From Flavipsychrobacter sp. (GTDB lineage: Bacteria; Bacteroidota; Bacteroidia; Chitinophagales; Chitinophagaceae), in assembly GCA_036406055.1 (NCBI GenBank), contig DASWWE010000011.1, positions 12,298-76,297 of the forward strand: a stretch of DNA of 64,000 bases, given 5' to 3'. The number at the start of each line of letters is the position of its first letter. Within the stretch, counting starts at the first letter, position 1. Below the pieces are notes generated by a model. That model was not told the origin of the DNA. It saw only the letters and a program-made list of their open reading frames with translations, and did not search any database. Made by a program: the position numbers and the translations under genes. Of the stretch, positions 37,349-46,804 are shown piece after piece.

Positions 37349-37957
37349 ATGAATACTCCACTACACATACGAACGGCCACCGTCGCCGATGCAGAAAAAC
37401 TATTAGCCGTGTATGCACCTTATGTATTGCATACTGCCAACACCTTTGAATACGATGTGCCATCGCTGCAGGCATTTGAAGAAAAGGTGGGAAAGATAAC
37501 CACCCAATACCCCTGGCTGCTATGCGAATGCAATGGTGAGATACTGGGCTATGCCTATGGCAGTATGCACCGCGAGCGTACTGCTTACCAATGGTGCGCA
37601 GAATCGACCGTGTACCTGGCAGAGAAACACCATAGAAAAGGTATAGCGCGTGTGCTGTATGCTGCCCTGTTTGATATGATGAAGCTGCAAGGCTACTATA
37701 GCATATACGCCAGCATCCTTTCTACCAACACAGCCAGCGTTGCTTTTCACCGGGCTGTGGGCTTTGAAGATATTGGCATGTTTAAAAACATAGGCTATAA
37801 GCTGGGCGAATGGCATAGCAATATATGGATGCAATACTTTTTACAAGCCCATAAACCCGAACCGCACACACCGACGCCGGCACCTGAGCTGAGGGATACC
37901 AATGCTTTCAGGCAAATATTAGTGGTGGCTAATGAGAGGGTAAATGTGGTTATATAA
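37349..37957 (+). CDS. GNAT N-acetyltransferase, phosphinothricin/methionine-sulfoximine acetyltransferase-like
   Basis: IRTATVADAEKLLAVYAPYV..T..TFEY.VPS...F..K......YPWLLCE..GEILGYAY..........Y.W..E.TVY......RKGIAR.LY..L. This PAT-like pattern runs over about 165 aa, followed by a C-terminal extension. Confidence 0.75.
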   Translation: MNTPLHIRTATVADAEKLLAVYAPYVLHTANTFEYDVPSLQAFEEKVGKITTQYPWLLCECNGEILGYAYGSMHRERTAYQWCAESTVYLAEKHHRKGIARVLYAALFDMMKLQGYYSIYASILSTNTASVAFHRAVGFEDIGMFKNIGYKLGEWHSNIWMQYFLQAHKPEPHTPTPAPELRDTNAFRQILVVANERVNVVI

Positions 37958-38237
37958 AAAACTGCACTAAGCACACGATAACCATGACCTAATTAATATA
38001 GCGTAAGTATTTTTTTAAAAATATTTATCGCATAGTAAAGAATTACTTTTTGAAGTAAACCTTATGTCAGTGTTGCAATGTGTTACAGCATCTTTAATTA
38101 TCGATTTAAAACAATTTTTGCATGTACGTACAAGCAGATGGAAACCCTCCTAAATAGCACCAAACCTTTTATAAGTAGCCATAGGTCTTCCATTGCATCC
38201 CGGCCGGAAAACCATTGTTTATTTTTAAAAACCATTT

Positions 38238-39044
38238 ATGAAAAGGTTAAATTTACTCGCCGTTATAATTTTATTGTTGTCAACACAAACAAGCCACGCA
38301 CAAACATATACGCTGCTAACTACTGACGCAGCTGGTGATGAAACACAAGATGTGCAAGACATCAGCAAACTATCTTATCGCATCAACACCGCTAAAGACA
38401 GTATATGGTTTAAAATAGAGACCCATTCGCAGATGCTGGCATCGAGCCATATCGGCTTCATGTTTGGACTGGATACAAATCTTGTTGGCACAACCGGGCA
38501 ATCATGGTCTGGCACCAATACATCTATGAAGTATGATCATGCGCTATTTGTGTACCAGAACGGGCTGATGGAGCCGGGAGTGGTGCATGCAGACATTGGC
38601 ACCCTTGCAGCGCCTATGCCATGCTCCGTAAGCATCCAAAGGCCCGACAATAAAACAATGATAGTGGGCATGAAGATGTCTGTATTAGACCCGAATGGGG
38701 ATTTCAACATGATAGTTGGCAGTGGCTTTTCTGATGTTCAGAGCACAGGTACTACTTTTGATGATGCGCCGGAATCTACTGTTCTGCAAATACGAAAACC
38801 CACAACCGGCATATCTTCTGTAACCAACAAGGATGCATATACAGTATATCCTAACCCTGCAAAGCATATCATTCGCTGGGAGTACAAGGGCCATACCACT
38901 ACAAATGCTTTGCTAACTGATATAACAGGGAAAGTATTAGCCAGCGTACCTGCTGCTACACAGCAGCTGGATATAAAAGCATATCAACCGGGTATGTATA
39001 TTTTAAAAATAGGTGACGTTAGCACCCGGATTGTAAAGGAATAG
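38238..39044 (+). CDS. secreted protein with T9SS C-terminal sorting domain
   Basis: Signal peptide MKRLNLLAVIILLLSTQTSHAQ. C-terminus YTVYPNPAKHIIRWEY...LLTDITGKVL..QPGMYILKIGDVSTRIVKE. Confidence 0.8.
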   Translation: MKRLNLLAVIILLLSTQTSHAQTYTLLTTDAAGDETQDVQDISKLSYRINTAKDSIWFKIETHSQMLASSHIGFMFGLDTNLVGTTGQSWSGTNTSMKYDHALFVYQNGLMEPGVVHADIGTLAAPMPCSVSIQRPDNKTMIVGMKMSVLDPNGDFNMIVGSGFSDVQSTGTTFDDAPESTVLQIRKPTTGISSVTNKDAYTVYPNPAKHIIRWEYKGHTTTNALLTDITGKVLASVPAATQQLDIKAYQPGMYILKIGDVSTRIVKE

Positions 39045-39069
39045 TTATAGTAGTGCTACTATTCATTTC

Positions 39070-39102
39070 GCCATTCATGTTTTATCATGAATGGCTTATT
39101 TC
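39070..39102 (+). terminator. rho-independent terminator
   Basis: GCCATTCATGttttatCATGAATGGCttatttc, a 10-bp perfect stem. Confidence 0.65.
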
Positions 39103-39142
39103 AATTATGGCAGAAGCTGTAATTTTAGTACAAACTATTACG

Positions 39143-39607
39143 ATGAGCCAACAACACCACTACGCAGCAACAATTACATGGACAGGGAATAATGGCGAAG
39201 GCACGATAAAGTATGATGCGTATGAACGCAGCCATACGCTATCTATAGATGGTAAGCCTGATATACTGTGCTCTTCAGACACACCCTTTCGTGGCGATGG
39301 CAGTAAGCACAATCCTGAAGATGCTTTGCTGTACTCCTTATCCAGCTGCCATATGCTGTGGTACCTGCACCTGTGTGCAGATGCGGGTGTTATCGTAACT
39401 GCTTATACCGATAATGCAACGGGCGTGCTCACCATGGGCGAGCCTGCACGGTTTACAGCAGTGACGCTACACCCGGTAGTAACGGTGAAAGACGCATTGA
39501 TGATAGACAAAGCCAACGCACTCCACGACATGGCACATAAAAAATGTTTTATCGCCAATTCGGTCAACTTCCCTGTTACACATCAGCCGCAGGCTGTGGC
39601 AGAATAA
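39143..39607 (+). CDS. OsmC-family peroxiredoxin-like protein
   Basis: MSQQHHYAATITWTGNNGEGT..Y..Y.R.H......KP.I..SSD..FRGD....NPE..L...LS.CHML.YL. I prefer the ATG at 39143 to the track start at 39053. Confidence 0.75.
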   Translation: MSQQHHYAATITWTGNNGEGTIKYDAYERSHTLSIDGKPDILCSSDTPFRGDGSKHNPEDALLYSLSSCHMLWYLHLCADAGVIVTAYTDNATGVLTMGEPARFTAVTLHPVVTVKDALMIDKANALHDMAHKKCFIANSVNFPVTHQPQAVAE

Positions 39608-39628
39608 TATTTATAAAGCATCCTATAA

Positions 39629-39660
39629 GAAAAGCGTCCTGTATAAACAGGACGCTTTTG
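39629..39660. terminator. bidirectional rho-independent terminator
   Basis: gaAAAGCGTCCTGtataaaCAGGACGCTTTtg, between convergent genes. Confidence 0.75.
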
Positions 39661-39680
39661 TGTGTATATAGGAAGCAGTG

Positions 39681-40613
39681 TTACTGTATGGTAACGGTGC
39701 CTTTGTATTGTTTATTGTTGTTGCTCACCAGGTTGTAGAAGTAAATACCGGGTTTCAGGTCGGCGGTAGCTATGGTTTGTGCTGTGCCATCTATGGCTGC
39801 ATGCTTCACCAGCTTGCCGGTAGCATCATATATCGCTACGCTTCCTTTTACCTTTCCTGCATCCATCGTTATGTATTCTTTCGCAGGGTTAGGATAGATG
39901 CGTACAGGATTTTCATGCGCTATGTTTTTGATGCTGGTAGTCACCGTTGGCATTTCTTCCAGTATCAGCGACTCACCATCGGCCATTTCCATTATTTCAA
40001 ACAATACCGGCGTAGTAGCAAACCATGTATAGGTAGTATCCAGCCCGAAGGTAGAATCATTACTGATGGTACGCAGCCTTACTACATTCGTAAAGGTATC
40101 AAACGGTGTTATAAGCGTGCCGTAGCCATCGTACAGAATAGTATCCGTTCCATTACTGGTGGCACCACGCCAACTGTCGGTAGCTGTTTCGTTAAAGTTG
40201 AAAGGAAATTTTGCCCACACTTTATTATCGGTCAAATAATCTATTTCAGATGGAAGTGTACCACTTACCCCTTCGCCTACCTTGCTGATGGCATTTGCAT
40301 CGGCTTTGTAATAGTTGTATATCATAAAGCCCAGTGCATCTATTTCAAGGCACAGGTTGGCAGTGCTGTATTTGGAATAATTAGGCGTAGTGGCAGGATC
40401 TACTACCGTAATGGTACCGGCATTCGTATAATTCAGGTCGCCGAAATCCCAGGTCACATTGGCACCTGCAGGCCCGGCACCTGTACTATCGCCTATATAA
40501 AAGTTGGTAACAAAGCCATTGGCCGGCAGGGCTGTCGCGTTCAGTACCGTTTGGGCAGATACCTGCATAGTAGCCAATGCTGCCATAAAAAGTGTAGTAA
40601 TAATTCTTTTCAT
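39681..40613 (-). CDS. secreted protein with T9SS C-terminal sorting domain
   Basis: Signal peptide MKRIITTLFMAALATMQVSAQ. C-terminus RIYPNPAKEYITMDAG..VAIYDATGKLV..LKPGIYFYNLV..GTVTIQ. The + strand ORF 39678..40730 is its antisense shadow. Confidence 0.85.
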   Translation of the reverse strand: MKRIITTLFMAALATMQVSAQTVLNATALPANGFVTNFYIGDSTGAGPAGANVTWDFGDLNYTNAGTITVVDPATTPNYSKYSTANLCLEIDALGFMIYNYYKADANAISKVGEGVSGTLPSEIDYLTDNKVWAKFPFNFNETATDSWRGATSNGTDTILYDGYGTLITPFDTFTNVVRLRTISNDSTFGLDTTYTWFATTPVLFEIMEMADGESLILEEMPTVTTSIKNIAHENPVRIYPNPAKEYITMDAGKVKGSVAIYDATGKLVKHAAIDGTAQTIATADLKPGIYFYNLVSNNNKQYKGTVTIQ

Positions 40614-40688
40614 AATTGTCGTCTTTCCAGTATATCGGGGCAGGCGGCAAAAAGTTACAGCCGGGCAGAAAGTTTTTTATGCGGCATA

Positions 40689-40722
40689 AAAAAGAGCCAC
40701 CCGAATGCAGGTGACTCTTTCT
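40689..40722 (-). terminator. rho-independent terminator (minus strand)
   Basis: Minus-strand reading is AGAGTCACCtgcattcgGGTGGCTCTttttta, with one mismatch in a 9-bp stem. Confidence 0.55.
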
Positions 40723-40738
40723 ATTGGTAGAAGTATGC

Positions 40739-40906
40739 TTATTGCGCTAATGCAAAAGTAGGTTCTACTATTACAGAAGGCTTAGGTGTCTCTGATTGGT
40801 TGATATGCTGCCTGTATTTTATTTCTGCTACCTTGTAAGACAGGTAATAGAAGGGCAACTGTGCCAATGATACGGCTGTTTTATAGTAAACGGTCAGCTT
40901 GTTCAT
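40739..40906 (-). CDS. small hypothetical protein (55 aa from ATG 40906; the track ORF extends to 40957)
   Basis: MNKLTVYYKTAVSLAQLPFYYLSYKVAEIKYRQ... is followed by a terminator. No family recognised. Confidence 0.3.
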   Translation of the reverse strand: MNKLTVYYKTAVSLAQLPFYYLSYKVAEIKYRQHINQSETPKPSVIVEPTFALAQ

Positions 40907-41021
40907 TTTCTCTGTGTTTGTTGTTGTTGATACAAAAATCATACATCCAACAATCACTTCTTAAAATCGGGGGCAGCCTTAACATGGGTTTTGCATCTCG
41001 TTAACAAGCGGTTAACGAGCT

Positions 41022-42137
41022 TCAATGCAGTAGCCTGTTAATAGCTTGCTGCACGGCATCTGTTGTATATTTCTCATCTATACGCATACGCGCATTGATA
41101 CCCAGTTGTTCCCACTGTTCGCGTTGCTGCCAGGCACGCTCCATAGCATTAGCAAAGCAGGTAACCACCGGCGCTTCCGCCACAAAACCGTTCACACCTT
41201 CGTTTATCACATCTGCATTGCCGCCTACATCTGTCACCACGGCTGCGCGCTTACAATAGTTGGCCTCCAGCAGCGAAAGTGGGGTACCTTCTCCCCGCGA
41301 TGGCATCAGCATGATGTGGTTGGCCTCCCACACTTCTACAATATTGTTTACAAAGCCTTTGAATATGACTTTATCTTCCAGCCCCTTATTCGCAACCAGT
41401 TCCTGCAGGTATTCCAGGTGGTCTCCTGAGCCATATATATTCACGTTGAAATTGCGGTTGCGCCATTGTGGTTGTGCAAAGGTTTCCATCAATATGTCAT
41501 AACCCTTCACCTCGGTTTCCAGCCGGGCCACGGTAGCCATATGCCAGGTATCGGTAGCGGGGTACGATGCCGGTGCAGCATTTACCTTTATGGGGTTGGT
41601 GATGACAGTAGCATTGGGCAGGTTTTTCGCCAGCGTCCTTTCTGCTACTTCCAGGTTTCTACGGCTTACAAACCACAGCTCTTTCGCCTGCCTCAGAAAA
41701 TCGTAAAAAAAATGCCTGTCGTTACGCGGCATATACAAATATTCAGGCATGAAGTTGGAAAGCACTATATAGGGCACCTGCAATGAGCGGAGCCAGTCGC
41801 CGTGCTGGTGCAGGGCATTATCAAACGTGCCGCCTTCATTGATGAACAATATATCGGGTGCAAAATCGAAGACATCTTTTTTCCATCTCAGCCCTTTCAG
41901 CTTATCCGCGGCTGCTTTACTGATGTTACCACTTGTATGGGGGTTGGGCCGGAAGGTTACTCTCCCGCCTTTCTCATGCACCTGTTTCAGCTTTGGGTGC
42001 ACCTGCTGCCATTCCATGGTATTAGTCATCACCTGGTAGCCATCATCCAGCAAGCGTAGTGCCATATCACTCCATAGCTGTTCGCTGCCACCCCAGGGTA
42101 CGCTTTCCAGCGTAGATAGGAAAAGTATCTTCTTCAT
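41022..42137 (-). CDS. glycosyltransferase family 4 (GT-B fold)
   Basis: SRGEGTPLSLLEANYCKRAAVVTDVGGNADVINEGVNGF is the E-x7-E-type C-terminal motif of GT4/GT1 enzymes. Confidence 0.8.
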   Translation of the reverse strand: MKKILFLSTLESVPWGGSEQLWSDMALRLLDDGYQVMTNTMEWQQVHPKLKQVHEKGGRVTFRPNPHTSGNISKAAADKLKGLRWKKDVFDFAPDILFINEGGTFDNALHQHGDWLRSLQVPYIVLSNFMPEYLYMPRNDRHFFYDFLRQAKELWFVSRRNLEVAERTLAKNLPNATVITNPIKVNAAPASYPATDTWHMATVARLETEVKGYDILMETFAQPQWRNRNFNVNIYGSGDHLEYLQELVANKGLEDKVIFKGFVNNIVEVWEANHIMLMPSRGEGTPLSLLEANYCKRAAVVTDVGGNADVINEGVNGFVAEAPVVTCFANAMERAWQQREQWEQLGINARMRIDEKYTTDAVQQAINRLLH

Positions 42138-42251
42138 GCCGTTTATTACAAGGTAAAAATATGTTATAAACCATTAGCTATGTATAGAATACGTATCTAC
42201 TTTGCATAGCAAACCCGTAATTGCCTATTTTAGCGCAAATTTTTACTACAG

Positions 42252-42950
42252 ATGAACAAAGTAGTTGCAAATGCTGACGAGGCTATAAAAGATATAGAAT
42301 CGGGCATGACGCTGATGCTGGGTGGCTTTGGCCTTTGCGGCATACCCGAAAACTGCATTGCTGCGCTGGTGCGCAAAGGTGTCAATAATCTTACCTGCAT
42401 ATCCAACAATGCCGGTGTGGATGATTTTGGTATCGGGCTGATGCTGCAGCAAAAGCAGGTAAAGAAAATGATATCTTCTTATGTAGGCGAGAATGCCGAG
42501 TTTGAACGCCAGCTGCTGAGTGGCGAGCTGGAAGTAGAACTGGTGCCGCAAGGCACACTGGCTACACGCTGCATGGCCAGCGGCTACGGCATGCCTGCCG
42601 TATACCTGCTGGCAGGTGTGGGTACCGAAGTGGCCGAGGGTAAAGAGGTGCGCAACTTCAATGGCAAAGATTATTTGCTGGAATATGCTTTCGATTCAGA
42701 CTATGCTATTGTAAAGGCATGGAAGGGCGATACGATGGGCAACCTGGTATTTAAAGACACCGCCCGCAACTTCAACCCCATGATGGCTATGGCGGGTAAA
42801 ATAACCATTGCCGAAGTAGAAGAACTGGTAGAGCCAGGCCAACTGAACCCGAACGAGATACATACACCGGGTATCTACGTGCACCGCATTTTCAAGGGTA
42901 GCAACTACGAAAAACGAATTGAACAACGCACCACTCGCAAAAGAAATTAA
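42252..42950 (+). CDS. scoA: 3-oxoacid CoA-transferase subunit A
   Basis: [36 protein letters not shown]...GV..LT.ISNNAG. Confidence 0.9.
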   Translation: MNKVVANADEAIKDIESGMTLMLGGFGLCGIPENCIAALVRKGVNNLTCISNNAGVDDFGIGLMLQQKQVKKMISSYVGENAEFERQLLSGELEVELVPQGTLATRCMASGYGMPAVYLLAGVGTEVAEGKEVRNFNGKDYLLEYAFDSDYAIVKAWKGDTMGNLVFKDTARNFNPMMAMAGKITIAEVEELVEPGQLNPNEIHTPGIYVHRIFKGSNYEKRIEQRTTRKRN

Positions 42951-42952
42951 TC

Positions 42953-43609
42953 ATGGCACTGAATAAAGAACAAATAGCACAACGTATAGCCAAAGAGCTG
43001 CAAGATGGCTTTTATGTAAACCTGGGCATTGGTATACCTACACTGGTAGCCAACTATATACCGCAGGGTGTAAACGTGGTATTGCAGAGCGAGAATGGCC
43101 TGCTGGGTATGGGGCCCTTCCCTTTCGAAGGGGAGGAAGATGCCGACCTGATAAATGCAGGTAAGCAAACCATCACCACACTGCCGGGTTCTGCCTTCTT
43201 TGATAGCGCCATGAGCTTTGGCATGATACGCGCCGGCAAGGTAGACCTGACTGTATTGGGCGCTATGGAAGTAGCCGACAATGGCGACATAGCTAACTGG
43301 AAGATACCCGGCAAAATGGTGAAAGGCATGGGCGGTGCTATGGACCTGGTGGCAGCAGCAAAGAACATCATTGTAGCTATGCAGCATACCAACCCCAAAG
43401 GGGAAAGCAAGCTGCTGCCTGCATGTACCCTGCCGCTTACAGGTGTAAAATGCGTGAAGAAAATAGTAACCGACCTGGGTGTGTTTGATGTAACGCCCGA
43501 TGGTTTCCGTTGTATAGAATATGCACCGGGTATAACCGTAGACGAAATAAAAGCCAAAACAGCCGGCAGATTGACCATAGCCGAAGACGTAAAAGAAATG
43601 GTGTTTTAA
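42953..43609 (+). CDS. scoB: 3-oxoacid CoA-transferase subunit B
   Basis: IA.R.AKEL.DG.YVNLGIGIPTLVANY.P.G......SENG.LGMGP..., with the catalytic-Glu context SENG. Confidence 0.9.
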   Translation: MALNKEQIAQRIAKELQDGFYVNLGIGIPTLVANYIPQGVNVVLQSENGLLGMGPFPFEGEEDADLINAGKQTITTLPGSAFFDSAMSFGMIRAGKVDLTVLGAMEVADNGDIANWKIPGKMVKGMGGAMDLVAAAKNIIVAMQHTNPKGESKLLPACTLPLTGVKCVKKIVTDLGVFDVTPDGFRCIEYAPGITVDEIKAKTAGRLTIAEDVKEMVF

Positions 43610-43956
43610 TGCAGCAGATACTTGTTTATCACAACGGCGAATGCAGCAAATGCCAGGCCCTTACAGAGATATTTCAGCAACAGGCAATACCTGTAACCTA
43701 CAAGTTTTACCTGCATGAACCCTTGACGGTAGAAGAACTGCAGGCATTGCTTGCAAAACTGCAACTACCTGCTACGGGCATCGTACGCACCGGCGAGCCA
43801 CTCTATGCTACCTTGCTGGATGGCAGGCAGCTTACAGAGCGGGAACTGCTACAGGCCATCGTTGACCATCCTGTTTTACTACAGCGGCCTATAGTGGTGG
43901 TCGGCGATAAAGCCGTGATAGCCCGCCCTGCAGAAAATGTACTGAGCTTATTATAA
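43609..43956 (+). CDS. ArsC/Spx-family (glutaredoxin-like) protein
   Basis: MQQILVYHNGECSKCQ.....L.........Y.....PLTVEEL..LL..L........VR..E.......LLQRPIVV. The start overlaps the scoB stop (TAATG). Confidence 0.7.
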   Translation: MQQILVYHNGECSKCQALTEIFQQQAIPVTYKFYLHEPLTVEELQALLAKLQLPATGIVRTGEPLYATLLDGRQLTERELLQAIVDHPVLLQRPIVVVGDKAVIARPAENVLSLL

Positions 43957-43985
43957 AACCCTCGCAAGAGGGTTTATTTTTTTAT
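43956..43985 (+). terminator. rho-independent terminator
   Basis: AAACCCTCgcaaGAGGGTTTattttttta. Confidence 0.75.
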
Positions 43986-43994
43986 TTTCACCAT

Positions 43995-45107
43995 ATGAAG
44001 CAATGGTTGCATAGCCTTATTGTTATCATCACCTTGTTGTATGGCGGTGATGCTTTTGCCCAGCAAAAGTCTGAAGAGGCGCTGGTAAACAAAATACTCT
44101 TCACCCTTGCCCGGCAAGACGATTCCGCTTATGCAGCATTGTTTCCCAAATATGAAGAACTGGTAAAGCTGGCCAATAGCTATACCAGCGACGATGTTAT
44201 CAGTACAAACCGCATCAATCAGCTACGCAGCAACCTGCAGGCTATGCAGCAGTTCGACCCGGCTTTCAATCCGGAAATCATTGCTGATTTCAAAGCGGTA
44301 AATAAAAAAGGCATCGATTCCGGGCTACACTGGCGCGATATGCTACTGGCCCGCTACGAGCTGGAAAAAGCCTATCTGCCCAAAGAACTGATAGGCTTTG
44401 AACGGGTAGTACCGTATCGCCTGCGCGGCTATATTTTCGTGCAAGACCTGCTTACCCGCCGTACCTTTTGTGTAACGGTAAAAGACATACATGGATATAA
44501 CAACGTATGGTATGGCGGCAGGGTTGTGAATGTGCTGGAAGCCGAAACCATAGATGAATATCAGCAAAAGCTGGCAGCCGAAATAAAAGTAGAAAGGGCA
44601 AAGCTCACCGCGATGCTGTACCCGGATGATACGGCAGGTGCCGCCTCCGACAGCGCTGCATTACTGGCTGCGGCAGCAGCCAAACAGAAAAAAGCTGCCG
44701 TAGATGACGACGAGGAAGAAAAAAAACTGGTAGTAACAGAGGTGGTAGAACGCAAACTATATACCGGCAAGTTTGATAACGAACTGAAGGTAGAACTATA
44801 TGTACGCGGCCTGCGTGGCAGTTGTGCAGAGCCTGTGTGTGCATGGCAGGCTATCTATAGATTTCAGGATAGCGATGAATACATAAAGCTGGATGTAACC
44901 CGTTCGCCCGATGGCAAATTCATTTTTACCGAAGAAGATATAGGCGTAATGGAAGTAGCTATAAAAGCCGGTAAAGTAACCGGCGAGTGGACTTCCTTCA
45001 AAGATAAAACGGAATACATCGTAGACCTTACCGAAAAGCAGGAAGTAAAAGGGCGCAAGCTGCTGGAACTGGATACCTGGATTGAAAGCAGTGATAATGA
45101 TGATTAG
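43995..45107 (+). CDS. hypothetical secreted protein (370 aa)
   Basis: Signal peptide MKQWLHSLIVIITLLYGGDAFAQ. Central Ala/acidic linker (AAAAAKQKKAAVDDDEEEKK). No family recognised. Confidence 0.6.
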   Translation: MKQWLHSLIVIITLLYGGDAFAQQKSEEALVNKILFTLARQDDSAYAALFPKYEELVKLANSYTSDDVISTNRINQLRSNLQAMQQFDPAFNPEIIADFKAVNKKGIDSGLHWRDMLLARYELEKAYLPKELIGFERVVPYRLRGYIFVQDLLTRRTFCVTVKDIHGYNNVWYGGRVVNVLEAETIDEYQQKLAAEIKVERAKLTAMLYPDDTAGAASDSAALLAAAAAKQKKAAVDDDEEEKKLVVTEVVERKLYTGKFDNELKVELYVRGLRGSCAEPVCAWQAIYRFQDSDEYIKLDVTRSPDGKFIFTEEDIGVMEVAIKAGKVTGEWTSFKDKTEYIVDLTEKQEVKGRKLLELDTWIESSDNDD

Positions 45108-45128
45108 TAATTCTCAATCAACCAATAC

Positions 45129-45170
45129 TATACATGTATTGGCAAAACCGTAACTTTTTGAATACATGTA
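45129..45170. promoter_or_regulatory. two copies of the 10-bp perfect palindrome ATACATGTAT (candidate operator pair)
   Basis: ATACATGTAT at 45129..45138 and 45161..45170 (32 nt centre to centre), 36 nt upstream of the ATG at 45206. Confidence 0.5.
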
Positions 45171-45205
45171 TCCTGTACCTTTATTCCTTCGAAGGATAAG
45201 TACAC

Positions 45206-46732
45206 ATGCAACATCCCAACATAAAAACACTAGGCGAGCTGAAGGCATCGGGCTATGTGCCCAAAACGGTAAAAGAAGAGATACGTGCCAATCTTATAAA
45301 GGCTATTCAAAAAAAACAATCCCCTTTCAACGGCATACTGGGCTACGAAGACTCGGTTATTCCTGATGTGGAAAGGGCACTGTTGTCGCGTCACAACATA
45401 CTATTCCTGGGGCTGCGCGGGCAGGCTAAAACCCGCATGGCGCGCGAAATGGTAAACCTGCTGGATGAGTGGATACCCGTAGTAGCCGGCAGCGAAATAA
45501 ACGACAGCCCTTTTGCACCCATATCGCTGTATGCACGCGATATAATAGAAAAAGATGGCGATGAAACGCCCATTACCTGGCTGCACCGTAGCGAGCGCTA
45601 CGGCGAAAAGCTGGCAACGCCCGATGTATCGGTTGCCGACCTGATAGGCGATGTAGACCCTATCAAAGCAGCCAACCTGCGCCTCAGTTTTGCAGATGAA
45701 CGCGTGATACACTATGGCATCATACCACGTTCGCACAGGGGTATATTCGTGATAAATGAATTGCCCGACCTGCAGGCGCGTATACAGGTATCGCTCTTCA
45801 ACATACTGCAGGAAGGTGATATACAGATACGCGGCTTCAAGCTGCGCCTGCCGCTCGATATATTGTTTGTGTTCACCGCCAACCCCGAAGACTATACCAA
45901 TCGCGGCAGCATAGTTACCCCACTGAAAGACCGTATAGAAAGCCAGATAATAACGCACTATCCACGCACTATAGAAATATCGAAAGCCATTACCGAACAA
46001 GAGGCCGATGTATTGCCGGAACAATTGCAGAAGGTAGAAATACCCGACATGGCACGGCTGCTGATAGAGCAACTGGCTATGGAAGCGCGCAAAAGCGAAT
46101 ACGTAGACCAGAAGAGTGGTGTATCAGCCAGGCTTACCATCTCTGCTTTCGAAAACCTGGTGAGCACTGCAGAGCGCCGCGCCCTGCGCGATGGTTATGA
46201 AAAAACCATGGTACGCATCGCCGATTTCATAGGTGTGATACCCGCCATCACCGGTAAGATAGAACTGGTATACGAGGGCGAACAGGAAGGCGCTATGAAT
46301 GTGGCTTATCGGCTGCTGGGGCAATCTATCAGGGCTATGTTCACACAATATTTCCCCGATCCGCAATCGTTTAAAAAAGGCCGCACCCCGGAAAGTGCAC
46401 GGGCTAAATCCAACCCTTATCAAACCATTATAGACTGGTTTGGGCAGGGCAATGATGTAGCACTGCTGCAGGATGAAACAGATGAAGCATACCGAAACAA
46501 GCTGTACCGTGTAGATGGGCTATACGGTGCCGTAAAGCAATTTTACCCCAAGGCAGATGAAGCGCAAAGCACCCTGCTGATGGAGTTTTTATTGCATGGC
46601 CTGGCAGAGTTCTCACTCATCAGCAAGAAGGGAATAGAGGCCGGTGGCTATGCCTTTGGCGATATACTGAACAGCATGCTCAACATCAACTTTGGTTCAG
46701 AGCACGAGGATGATGAAGAAGAGGATTTTTAA
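45206..46732 (+). CDS. AAA+ ATPase of the Mg-chelatase subunit I (BchI/ChlI)-like group with a long C-terminal extension
   Basis: ILGYEDSVIPDVERALLSRHNILFLGLRGQAKTRMAR (Walker A), GIFVINELPDL (Walker B), LFVFTANPEDY..PLKDR. Acidic tail EHEDDEEEDF. Confidence 0.75.
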   Translation: MQHPNIKTLGELKASGYVPKTVKEEIRANLIKAIQKKQSPFNGILGYEDSVIPDVERALLSRHNILFLGLRGQAKTRMAREMVNLLDEWIPVVAGSEINDSPFAPISLYARDIIEKDGDETPITWLHRSERYGEKLATPDVSVADLIGDVDPIKAANLRLSFADERVIHYGIIPRSHRGIFVINELPDLQARIQVSLFNILQEGDIQIRGFKLRLPLDILFVFTANPEDYTNRGSIVTPLKDRIESQIITHYPRTIEISKAITEQEADVLPEQLQKVEIPDMARLLIEQLAMEARKSEYVDQKSGVSARLTISAFENLVSTAERRALRDGYEKTMVRIADFIGVIPAITGKIELVYEGEQEGAMNVAYRLLGQSIRAMFTQYFPDPQSFKKGRTPESARAKSNPYQTIIDWFGQGNDVALLQDETDEAYRNKLYRVDGLYGAVKQFYPKADEAQSTLLMEFLLHGLAEFSLISKKGIEAGGYAFGDILNSMLNINFGSEHEDDEEEDF

Positions 46733-46763
46733 TCACAGAATTTTATAAAAAATGAATGATCCC

Positions 46764-46791
46764 ATAGCGATGAAAATTCATCGCTATTTTT
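46764..46791 (+). terminator. rho-independent terminator
   Basis: ATAGCGATGaaaattCATCGCTATtttt. Confidence 0.65.
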
Positions 46792-46804
46792 GTACCCGAT
46801 TCAC

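Noticed and set aside
38078-38326. 82-aa + strand ORF in the AT-rich gap before the T9SS protein gene.
   Set aside because: It overlaps the well-supported signal-peptide start at 38238 in another frame and lies in AT-rich intergenic DNA. It is likely spurious.
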